Source: an uncultured delta proteobacterium (GTDB lineage Bacteria; Myxococcota_A; Polyangia; Fen-1088). From it: 64,000 nucleotides of DNA. The stretch spans positions 13,587-77,586 of the forward strand of contig CAWCMR010000012.1 in assembly GCA_963796685.1 (NCBI GenBank), in the 5' to 3' direction. A program made the translations under genes and the position numbers. Positions within the stretch are counted from its first letter, which is position 1, and the number at the start of each line of letters is the position of its first letter. The notes below the pieces were generated by a model that saw nothing but the letters and a program-made list of their open reading frames with translations, did no database searches and was not told the origin of the DNA. Shown piece by piece: positions 56,927 through 64,000 of this stretch.

Positions 56927-59257
56927 TTACGGGACGTCGGACCTTCGCGTCCACAGCCCGACGTCGCCCGCGGTGGCGTGGAGGTCGAACTGGCGTTCGA
57001 TGGCGGGCTTGGCCTTGCTGGCATAGTCGCACGATGGCCGCAAGACCAGCGCATCGACCCCGCGCAAGGCAGCCTGGGTGTCGTTCTCGACCTGGCTCTC
57101 GGTGAGCGTCTTCTCGGGATCGCGCTTGACCAGGCCGGCGGGTCGGTAGATGCCGAGGGGTGGATCGCCTCCACAGCCGAGCCAGGCGATGCGCAGCAGG
57201 GGCGTTGTCTCCGGCAATGCTGGGGAATTCGCGCGCAGCTTGGTGATGCGCCAGTCCCCCGATGCCCGCGGCGGACCGTCACCGAGGACGTGGAGGGCGC
57301 TGGCGAAGACCGCCTCGCGGGCGAGATCCGCGGGGGACGAGTCGCCCATCTGAATCCGCCACAGGACGTGGGTGATGCCGAAGCTGCGCCAGAGTTGGTC
57401 GACGGCGCGAGGCCCGCCCAGCTCGAGGTATTCGATGGCCCCTTGCCAGCCGGTTTCGTCCACGACGGTGGGCACGCCAATCCCCAGGCGGTCGCGGCTT
57501 CTGTGCAAGAGGACCTTCGCGTCAGGGGGAAAGCTCTTGCCGATCTCCCGCATCTCATTGTGCACGAGGAACCGAGACTGGTACTCCTTGCGATGCCCAG
57601 CGCTGATGAACTCGATCGTCGCCTTGAGTGGGGCGTCGCCGACCATGGCGTGGGTGCGGAAGAAATAGATGTCCCCGCTCCAAACGACCTGCGCGGCGAC
57701 CAGGACCGCCACGCCGGTACGGACCCAGACACCTTCGCGCCAGGCGAGGGCGAGCGCAGCCGCCGTGCAGGCCGCCATCCACGGCACCAGCGCTTGCAGG
57801 AACCGATCTTGGTGGCTGGTCACGAACCACACGACGATTCCCAGGTGAACCGCGATGACCAGGAGCCATATCTTGAGGGTTCGTCTGAAGCAAAGGAGCA
57901 TCGGCACGGTCAGCGTGAAGAGCGACCCGAAGACCGGCGTCTCGCCATGAAAGGTGCCCCAGTCGTGGGGCACGAAGGAGAAGGTCACCAAGGTCTTGAG
58001 CGTCTCGACGGTTTTCTCGAGCAGCGTCCCGTGCAGCACGAAGGCGTCGGGCCAAAAGGCCTTTTCGAATTCCGTGGCCGCTCCGGCGAAGAAGGGGTGG
58101 TCATGCAGGATTCCGTTCAGCAGGGGGTAGAAAGGATCGCCATAGAAGATCCAGTTCTTGAGCCAGTGCGCGCTGGACAAAAGCAGCGTGGTGATCGCCC
58201 AGGCCGCGGCGGGGACTGGGCGTCGCCAGCGCACGGCCAGAACCAGCACGAACAAGGCGGATGGCAGGGCGAAGTAGCAGGCCTGGTATTTGGTCAGGAC
58301 CGCGGCTGCGAGCAGAGCGCCGCCCAGCACGGCTTCACGGAGGGTGAACGAGCGTCCCATTCTGATGAGGGCGATGCCGAGGGCGGGCGCCCAGAAGGCC
58401 AGGATGTGATCGGCACCGGTGCTGAGGTTCGAATCGTAGAGAAAAATGCCCGGAAAGAGAAACAGGGCCGCCGCCGCGAAGGGCGTGCGCGCGGGGAACA
58501 GCAGCTTGCGCACCAGGACCGAGAGCGCGGGCAGGGTGGCCAGAAAGAGCACCCACTCGAGGTGCGAGGCGAGGGCTTGATGATCGAAGAGATCACCCGG
58601 CGATTGGAAGGCCCAGGTGTAGAGCAGGGAGGCAAGTTGCGGGTAGGCGCCGAGGTACCAACCCTCGGCGAAGGGTCGGATGGCCCCGGCCGCGGCGTAC
58701 TGCTCGGCGATGGGCAGATGGTACCAGCTGGCGTCGTAGCTGACGTTCTGCGGAGTCAACACTTGCAGGTAGATGGCCAGTGTCGAAATCACGATGAGCA
58801 CGGCGGCGAGCAGCTCGACTGCGTTCTTGGGAAGGAGCAGACGCATACCGAAGCGGCGCAGGTGCGCGCGAGCGCGACGGAAATCGCGCCACAGTTGCGC
58901 TCCGCCGAAGGCAAGCAGGCCGGCGGGCCAGGCGAAGAAGAAGACTTTGCCGAACTGTCCCGCCAAGCCGAAGAGGAAGACCCCGAGGGCGAACGCAAGC
59001 ACGCCGAGTGCGAACCCGAGCGTCAGACGTTCGCCGACCCGTGGGGGATAGGGCAGCACGAGATCCAGCAGGCGTAGCCCCGCAGCAAGGCTGGCGGTCG
59101 AGAACAGGGCCGCATAGGCCCAGTACTTCACGAAGCGAAAGAACAGCCAATCGTCCACCGGGTACTGGGCGTGGACGGCGCGTAGAAAAATGGCGATCAG
59201 CACGATCAGCAGGACTAGGAGTCCGTTGCTGCTAAGTCGCGCGCGCAGGGAAGACAT
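56927..59257 (-). CDS. Large polytopic membrane protein, possibly a GT-C-fold glycosyltransferase
   Basis: 776 aa with more than 12 hydrophobic helices followed by a ~250-aa soluble C-terminal part. The functional call is by architecture only. Confidence 0.55.
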   Translation of the reverse strand: MSSLRARLSSNGLLVLLIVLIAIFLRAVHAQYPVDDWLFFRFVKYWAYAALFSTASLAAGLRLLDLVLPYPPRVGERLTLGFALGVLAFALGVFLFGLAGQFGKVFFFAWPAGLLAFGGAQLWRDFRRARAHLRRFGMRLLLPKNAVELLAAVLIVISTLAIYLQVLTPQNVSYDASWYHLPIAEQYAAAGAIRPFAEGWYLGAYPQLASLLYTWAFQSPGDLFDHQALASHLEWVLFLATLPALSVLVRKLLFPARTPFAAAALFLFPGIFLYDSNLSTGADHILAFWAPALGIALIRMGRSFTLREAVLGGALLAAAVLTKYQACYFALPSALFVLVLAVRWRRPVPAAAWAITTLLLSSAHWLKNWIFYGDPFYPLLNGILHDHPFFAGAATEFEKAFWPDAFVLHGTLLEKTVETLKTLVTFSFVPHDWGTFHGETPVFGSLFTLTVPMLLCFRRTLKIWLLVIAVHLGIVVWFVTSHQDRFLQALVPWMAACTAAALALAWREGVWVRTGVAVLVAAQVVWSGDIYFFRTHAMVGDAPLKATIEFISAGHRKEYQSRFLVHNEMREIGKSFPPDAKVLLHRSRDRLGIGVPTVVDETGWQGAIEYLELGGPRAVDQLWRSFGITHVLWRIQMGDSSPADLAREAVFASALHVLGDGPPRASGDWRITKLRANSPALPETTPLLRIAWLGCGGDPPLGIYRPAGLVKRDPEKTLTESQVENDTQAALRGVDALVLRPSCDYASKAKPAIERQFDLHATAGDVGLWTRRSDVP

Positions 59258-59369
59258 GCGGTTCTCTTTGGGGCACGTAACACGTATGCAGCCATCATGC
59301 CACCTTCAAGTGCGCGCGAAACGGCGCGCACGCACGACCGGATCCCGACAAAGGTGTCGCGGATTTGGC

Positions 59370-60833
59370 TCAGACAATGACGTCGAAACCGGTGGTGCGT
59401 GGACGGGGCTGATATTCTGCGACGGCACGAGCAAGGCGGATGACGCCTTCCTTCATGGTGAGGGCATCGGCCACGATGGGCAGACGCACGTGATCGGCGA
59501 AGCGGTGGTCGGGCGAGTTGGCCGAACCTGGGACCATGGTCACACCATGGCGAGCGGCGATCTGGGCAAGCTCGTCGGCATCGCCCTCCGGCATGCGTGC
59601 CCACAGCAACAAACCGCCCTCGGGCCTTTGCCAGGTCCACGTTGGCAGGTGCTTGGCGAGCAACTTGGTGAGCACGTCCAGCTTGGTGGCGACCTCATGG
59701 CGGCGGGCCTTGGCCGCGGCCTGGGCTTGCTCGACGAGCAAGGCCGCAGCGGCCTGCGACACCAGCGGACCGCCGAGATCGGACAGCGCCTTGAAGCGGC
59801 CGAGACGCACGATCCAGGCCTCGGGCCCGCGAATGAAGCCCACGCGCAGGCCGGCCCAGAAGAGCTTGCTCAGCGATCCGAGAGTCAGGATGGGCGCGTT
59901 CTTGGCGAAGGTCGCGATGGGCGATGGCGGCGCGCCGGCAAGCCCCAGGTCGGCGAGGGTGTTGTCCTCGACCACCGGAACTTGCAGCTCCTCGGCGAGG
60001 CGCGCAATCTCGCGCCGGGTGCGCTCGGGCATGAGCCCGCCCGTGGGATTGTGGTACGTCGGCACCAGGTAAAGAAGGCGAGGACGCATGGCCATCAAGG
60101 CGTGCAGGCGGTCGAGGTCCAGGTTATCCGCGGCGCCGGGCACGGCCAGCACGCGCGCGCCCGCGGATACCAGCACGTCGATGGCGCCGATGTACGTGGG
60201 GTCCTCGGTGACCACGGTCTCGCCGCGCGCCACCAGGAGGCCCGCGACCAGGCTGATGGCCTGCTGGGCGCCGTTCGTAATCAAGACCTGCTCTTCGCGG
60301 GTGGGCAGGCCGGTGCGCGAAAGGTGCTCGGCCACGGCCTTGCGCAGGGCCGGCAAGCCCATGGGAAAATAGCCTTCGCCCGCGCTCAGGTTGGCGCAGC
60401 CCTTGCGCGCCACGGCCCTGAGGGCAGTGTCGACCTCGGGCAAGGGAGGCAGCTGGGCGCTCACGAAGCCGATGGCATCGCTGGCGCGTTCGATCAGGCT
60501 GCGAAACACGATGTTGCGACGGAAGGCCGAGGAGACCTCGTGCTCCTGCGGGCTGGGCCAGCCGGTCTTGCCCGCCCGCCGTACCCACGTCCCGCTGCCG
60601 TGTCGGCTCTCGATGGTGCCCGCCTCGCGCAAACGCGCGTAGGCCTGCACGACCGTGGTGCGGCTGAGCTCGAGGGCCTCGGCCAGGGCGCGCTCGGGCG
60701 GCAGGCGCGTGCCGGGCAGAAGGTCGCCGCGCTCCACGGCCAGGGTGATGGTTTGCGCCAGCTGCTGGTAGAGCGGTCCGTCGCCGCGGGGAAAGGCGGC
60801 GAGCACTTTGGCCAGGTTGTCGGTGGCTGCCAT
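59370..60833 (-). CDS. MocR/PdxR-family transcription regulator (GntR wHTH fused to an aminotransferase-like domain)
   Basis: Start placed at ATG 60833 (MAATDNLAKV...). LPPERALAEALELSRTTVVQAYARL. Aminotransferase fold with YHNPTG and GSLSKLFWAGLRVG. The longer ORF 59370..61958 is antisense read-through. Confidence 0.85.
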   Translation of the reverse strand: MAATDNLAKVLAAFPRGDGPLYQQLAQTITLAVERGDLLPGTRLPPERALAEALELSRTTVVQAYARLREAGTIESRHGSGTWVRRAGKTGWPSPQEHEVSSAFRRNIVFRSLIERASDAIGFVSAQLPPLPEVDTALRAVARKGCANLSAGEGYFPMGLPALRKAVAEHLSRTGLPTREEQVLITNGAQQAISLVAGLLVARGETVVTEDPTYIGAIDVLVSAGARVLAVPGAADNLDLDRLHALMAMRPRLLYLVPTYHNPTGGLMPERTRREIARLAEELQVPVVEDNTLADLGLAGAPPSPIATFAKNAPILTLGSLSKLFWAGLRVGFIRGPEAWIVRLGRFKALSDLGGPLVSQAAAALLVEQAQAAAKARRHEVATKLDVLTKLLAKHLPTWTWQRPEGGLLLWARMPEGDADELAQIAARHGVTMVPGSANSPDHRFADHVRLPIVADALTMKEGVIRLARAVAEYQPRPRTTGFDVIV

Positions 60834-60856
60834 GGGGTCGGCTGTCCTGGAGTAAG

Positions 60857-60876
60857 ACCACTTGTGCGCAAGTGGT
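60857..60876. promoter_or_regulatory. Inverted repeat ACCACTTG-tgcg-CAAGTGGT in the MocR/ilvE divergent intergenic region. Candidate MocR operator.
   Basis: Read directly. A further half-site CAAGTGGA lies at 60944-60951. Confidence 0.4.
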
Positions 60877-60968
60877 TCTTGAATGTCGCGCATCCATGGC
60901 GCACTTTCAAGCCTGTTCGCGCAGTGGATTGAAATTGGACTTACAAGTGGACTGATGGAGGTCTCGTC

Positions 60969-61895
60969 GTGGCAAGCAAGCTTCCCCGCATGGCATTTTT
61001 CAACGATCGCATCGTGCCCTACGCCGAGGCCAAGGTGGGCTTGCTTACCCACGCGCTCAACTACGGCACGGGCGTGTTCGCCGGTATCCGCGGCTACTGG
61101 AACGGCGACGAAGGCAAGCTGCTGGTCTTTCGCCTGACCGACCACGTGCGCCGTCTGCACGAGTCGTCGCGCCTGCTGCGCATGACTCTGGCGCTCTCGG
61201 AAGAGGCCACGGCGCGCGCCGTGCTCGATCTGCTGCGCGCCGAGGGGTTGAAGGAGGATTGCTACATCCGTCCCATGGCCTTCTACGGCGACGAGGTGAT
61301 CGGCGTGCGTTTGCACGGCCTTGCCCCCAACCTCAGCATCGTGGCGGTTCCTTTCGGCCTCTACATCGACAAGGCCGATGGCGCCCATTGCACGGTGTCG
61401 TCGTGGCGCCGGCCCGAGGACAACGTGATTCCGGCGCGCGGCAAGATCACCGGCAGCTACGCCAACAGCGCCTTTGCCAAGAGCGACGCCGAGCTGGCGG
61501 GCTTCGACGAGGCCCTGCTGCTCAACCAGCACGGCTACGTCAGCGAAGGCTCGGGCGAGAACGTCTTCCTCGTCCGCCGTGGCGTGGTGGTCACGCCGTC
61601 GCTCAACCAGAGCGTGCTCGAAGGCATCACGCGCCGCTCGCTCATCACCCTGGTGCGCGACGAGCTGGGCCTGCCCGTCGAGGAACGGCCGGTCGAGCGC
61701 GGCGAGCTGTTCGTGGCCGATGAGGTCTTTCTCACCGGCACCGCGGCCCAGATCACGGCAGTGTCGCGCATCGACCACCGCCCGGTGGGCAGTGGCCAGC
61801 TCGGCCCCATCACGGAGAGGTTGCGCAGGCTGTTCTTCGACGTGGTCCGCGGCCGCGTGGCCAAGTACCGCGAATGGTGCACGGTCGTCGAGTAG
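60969..61895 (+). CDS. ilvE: Branched-chain amino acid aminotransferase
   Basis: 308 aa with a GTG 60969 or ATG 60990 start. FFNDRIVPYAEAKV...ALNYGTGVFAGIRGY...EGSGENVFLV...LEGITR...EVFLTGTAA. Confidence 0.85.
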   Translation: MASKLPRMAFFNDRIVPYAEAKVGLLTHALNYGTGVFAGIRGYWNGDEGKLLVFRLTDHVRRLHESSRLLRMTLALSEEATARAVLDLLRAEGLKEDCYIRPMAFYGDEVIGVRLHGLAPNLSIVAVPFGLYIDKADGAHCTVSSWRRPEDNVIPARGKITGSYANSAFAKSDAELAGFDEALLLNQHGYVSEGSGENVFLVRRGVVVTPSLNQSVLEGITRRSLITLVRDELGLPVEERPVERGELFVADEVFLTGTAAQITAVSRIDHRPVGSGQLGPITERLRRLFFDVVRGRVAKYREWCTVVE

Positions 61896-61969
61896 GGAGA
61901 CCCGCCGCGGCAGTCTCGCCAGCGGGCAGGAGCCTCCAGGCTCGCTCCCGCTGGACAAGACAGCGTGGT

Positions 61970-62416
61970 TTACCAGGTTGCGAAAGAGGCGTAGTCAGGC
62001 GTGCCCGCTGTCACCTGAATGCAATAACCGCCGTTCACTTTGGCCGGAAGGGCCCAGCCGTTGCAGTTCATCGCGGTACCATTGACCTTCAGGGTCCGGC
62101 CGCTCATGTTGCTGCAGTTGCCGCCGGAGAGACTGGCCTTGATCTCGCGACAGGCTGCACCAAGGCCAAGATTGCCGGACTGGTAGCCTGGTCCGGTAAA
62201 CACGATGGGGTTCGAACAAACTCCCGTGCAGGGAGTACTGCTTGAGCTGGACACGGTGACGTTGACGGCGGTCGATGTCGTGGTGGCGCCCGAGACCGTC
62301 ACGTTCACCGCGGTCGACGTCGCGGACATGGTCGACAGGCACGTCGACGAACGCTGCGGGCGCGTTGCCTTTGCCGTCGACACGGGCAACGAACTTTGCC
62401 AATCTGTGGGCTGCAT
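61970..62416 (-). CDS. Hypothetical ORF: Ser/Thr-rich repeat followed by a Cys-containing ~85-aa module (possible carbohydrate-binding-type remnant). No signal peptide.
   Basis: 148-aa ORF. It ends ...NGGYCIQVTAGTPDYASFATW and carries an internal direct repeat STAVNVTVS x2. Confidence 0.3.
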   Translation of the reverse strand: MQPTDWQSSLPVSTAKATRPQRSSTCLSTMSATSTAVNVTVSGATTTSTAVNVTVSSSSSTPCTGVCSNPIVFTGPGYQSGNLGLGAACREIKASLSGGNCSNMSGRTLKVNGTAMNCNGWALPAKVNGGYCIQVTAGTPDYASFATW

Positions 62417-64000
62417 GGAAGGAGGATTCGCGACCAGCGAAAGGACCGAGGCAACCTGCGAGCCGGCCCCGGGGACGGCCCCGCGATGCAGCGAAGCAGA
62501 AACGTGGACGCCGCTGCCGAGCCTGCGCCGGTGGCATTACCTGGTCTTTGCCGCAATCTACCTCTATGCCTTTCCGTACTTCGATGCGATGCGAAGCGCC
62601 CAGGAGATGCCGCGTTTGCTCCTGACCGAGCAAATCGTCGATCATGGCGTGCTGAATTTGGATGCCCGGCTGGGAGAGCTGGGGTCGGGCAATGATCTGT
62701 CGAGAGGCCCCGACGGACGCAACTACGCCAACAAATCGCCGGGACCGTCGTTCGTCGCCGTCCCGGCGTACTTGCTGGCCAAGCTCTTCGGGTGTACGAC
62801 CATCCGCGGTGCGATGTGGGCCGTACGCGTCGGCGCCGTCACCCTGCCGTCGCTGCTGTTGCTGCCGTTCCTCTACGGATTGTCCCGACGCTTCACCCCG
62901 GACGAGAACGCCCGGCGGGCCATCCTGGCCGCCTATGCATTGGCTTCGCCGGTGTTGCCTTACTCGATGCTCCTCTATTCGCACACTTTGGCTGCGGCAT
63001 GCTTGGTCGGTGGTTTTGCAGCTGCGGTTCACCTCGTGCGTGAACGTCCGCGGCGGCCTCTACTGGTCGCGTCGCTGGCGGGGTTGCTTGTGGGGATGGC
63101 CCCGTCCATGGACTACCAGGCGACGCTGGCAGCTCCCATCATCGGTCTCTATGTCCTGCTGTGCACCCGCCAGCGGTGGAGAAGCGTGGCGCTGTTCGCG
63201 GCCGGTGCCCTCCCGCCGATAGCCGGCCTACTCGCCTACCACAAGATATGCTTCGGCTCTCCGTTTCGCATCAGCTACAGCCTAGGCGTGGACACCGCTC
63301 CGCAAGAGGGTTTGCTGGGCTTCATCGGACCCAACTGGGCGTCCCTGAGCAACATTTTGTTCGTGCCGAGCAACGGGTTGCTCGTATTCTCGCCATGGAT
63401 CGTGTTGACCTTGGTTGGTGCCGCGGCGATTGTCTGGCAACGCCGGCTGCGTCTGCGCGTGGGCCCTGAAGCCTTGGTCTGTGCCGGGATCGTGACGGTC
63501 TACGTGGTCTTCGTGGGATCGATGCTGCCGTATATGGCGCGCGGCGGATGGTCGGCGGGTGCTCGGCAGTTGGTCGGCATGCTCCCTTTCGCGTCTTTGC
63601 TGGCGGGTGTGGGTTTCGAGCTCGCAGGGCGTCACTTCGCTACACGCGTGCTCGCAACCGCGGCGGTGCTGGTCGGTGCGGTTATCTTCATCACTGCTGC
63701 GACCACCTATCCGCACTGGCCGGACGCGCTTCTAAATCCCCTCTATGAGCTGAGCTTTCCGCTCCTCGCCCACGGTTATGCCGTGCACTCGGTCGGTACC
63801 TGGCTCGGCCTCCACGGTTTGTGGTCGCTGGCTCCGATCTACCTATTGGCCATGATATGGTGCGCTTTTCTCCTTGTCCGAGGGGTGCGGCGCGCGGCGC
63901 TCGTGATCGGCTTGGGCGGTTTGCTCGCAACCGCCGTGGTGGCTTCCTACAGTCGCTTCCCCCGGACTGGACCCTACGCAAACCACGTATGGAGCTGGGT
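62415..64000 (+). CDS. Polytopic membrane protein (GT-C-like candidate). The 3' end lies outside the window.
   Basis: I translated frame 3 from ATG 62415 by hand, and it stays open to base 64000. It is not in the ORF track because it has no stop. Many hydrophobic helices (LVFAAIYLYAFPYF..., LPSLLLLPFLYGL..., LLVFSPWIVLTLVGAAAIV...). Confidence 0.65.
   Translation, partial: MEGGFATSERTEATCEPAPGTAPRCSEAETWTPLPSLRRWHYLVFAAIYLYAFPYFDAMRSAQEMPRLLLTEQIVDHGVLNLDARLGELGSGNDLSRGPDGRNYANKSPGPSFVAVPAYLLAKLFGCTTIRGAMWAVRVGAVTLPSLLLLPFLYGLSRRFTPDENARRAILAAYALASPVLPYSMLLYSHTLAAACLVGGFAAAVHLVRERPRRPLLVASLAGLLVGMAPSMDYQATLAAPIIGLYVLLCTRQRWRSVALFAAGALPPIAGLLAYHKICFGSPFRISYSLGVDTAPQEGLLGFIGPNWASLSNILFVPSNGLLVFSPWIVLTLVGAAAIVWQRRLRLRVGPEALVCAGIVTVYVVFVGSMLPYMARGGWSAGARQLVGMLPFASLLAGVGFELAGRHFATRVLATAAVLVGAVIFITAATTYPHWPDALLNPLYELSFPLLAHGYAVHSVGTWLGLHGLWSLAPIYLLAMIWCAFLLVRGVRRAALVIGLGGLLATAVVASYSRFPRTGPYANHVWSW

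Noticed and set aside
60834-61958. N-terminal extension of ORF 59370..61958 (862 aa) beyond the MocR start
   Set aside because: The extension runs antisense through ilvE and has shadow-ORF composition. The MocR wHTH begins right after ATG 60833.
1-64000. Search for tRNA, rRNA, tmRNA, riboswitch-like leaders and intrinsic terminators
   Set aside because: I found no cloverleaf-compatible or rRNA-like segments. I found no convincing GC-hairpin plus T-tract terminators, which are commonly rare in such high-GC genomes. I cannot run covariance models, so small RNAs cannot be excluded.

Overview
This is 64 kb of high-GC bacterial chromosome (roughly 65-70% by eye). The gene content points to a myxobacterium of the Polyangia/Sorangium type, by inference only: many lipoproteins with Gly/Ser/Thr-rich linkers, a GH9 cellulase, a TonB/ExbBD cluster, an ECF sigma factor and nested tyrosine-recombinase elements. 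I saw no rRNA, tRNA or CRISPR array.

Layout:
(i) 1-1554 is the 3' part of a CoA-dehydratase/activase-related gene. Its last 1.55 kb is duplicated at 11112-12665 at a constant offset of 11,111 nt. In the 360 nt I compared, the copies are ~97% identical and all differences are synonymous. Each copy is followed by a decayed IS91-family HUH transposase remnant.
(ii) 2116-5930 is an overlapping two-gene cassette. It pairs a PHP phosphoesterase fused to an SMC/Rad50-like ABC ATPase with an AlbA_2 (Schlafen-type)/HATPase_c_4 protein. This is my best candidate for a defence-type system.
(iii) 6.0-10.4 kb holds an ECF sigma with a translationally coupled SnoaL-like partner, plus tandem Cys-rich lipoproteins.
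(iv) 12.7-22 kb is a mobile-element pile-up. The IS91 remnant is split by a ~9 kb insertion made of a palindrome, a group II intron, an outer recombinase-in-trio (RIT) element, and a second RIT element nested inside ritA of the first.
(v) 22-26 kb holds a DUF4143-type AAA ATPase behind a perfect 26-bp AT-rich palindrome, and a LytS/LytTR two-component system.
(vi) 27.7-37.1 kb is a secreted polysaccharide-active lipoprotein locus (GH9, CE1-like esterase, YWTD propeller, beta-helix) with an embedded VapBC pair.
(vii) 37.2-46.5 kb holds a SPASM remnant, two tandem cyanophycin synthetase paralogues (one lacking the C-terminal Mur-ligase subdomain), a REC-EAL regulator, a cysteine synthase and an aminotransferase.
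(viii) 47.9-56 kb is a tightly coupled exbB-exbD-tonB-lipoprotein-TonB-dependent receptor-OMP operon.
(ix) 56.9-64 kb holds GT-C-like membrane proteins and a MocR regulator divergent from ilvE.

Caveat: at least six otherwise intact genes carry single frameshifts. Either the assembly has indel errors or the region is decaying. This applies to every pseudogene call below.
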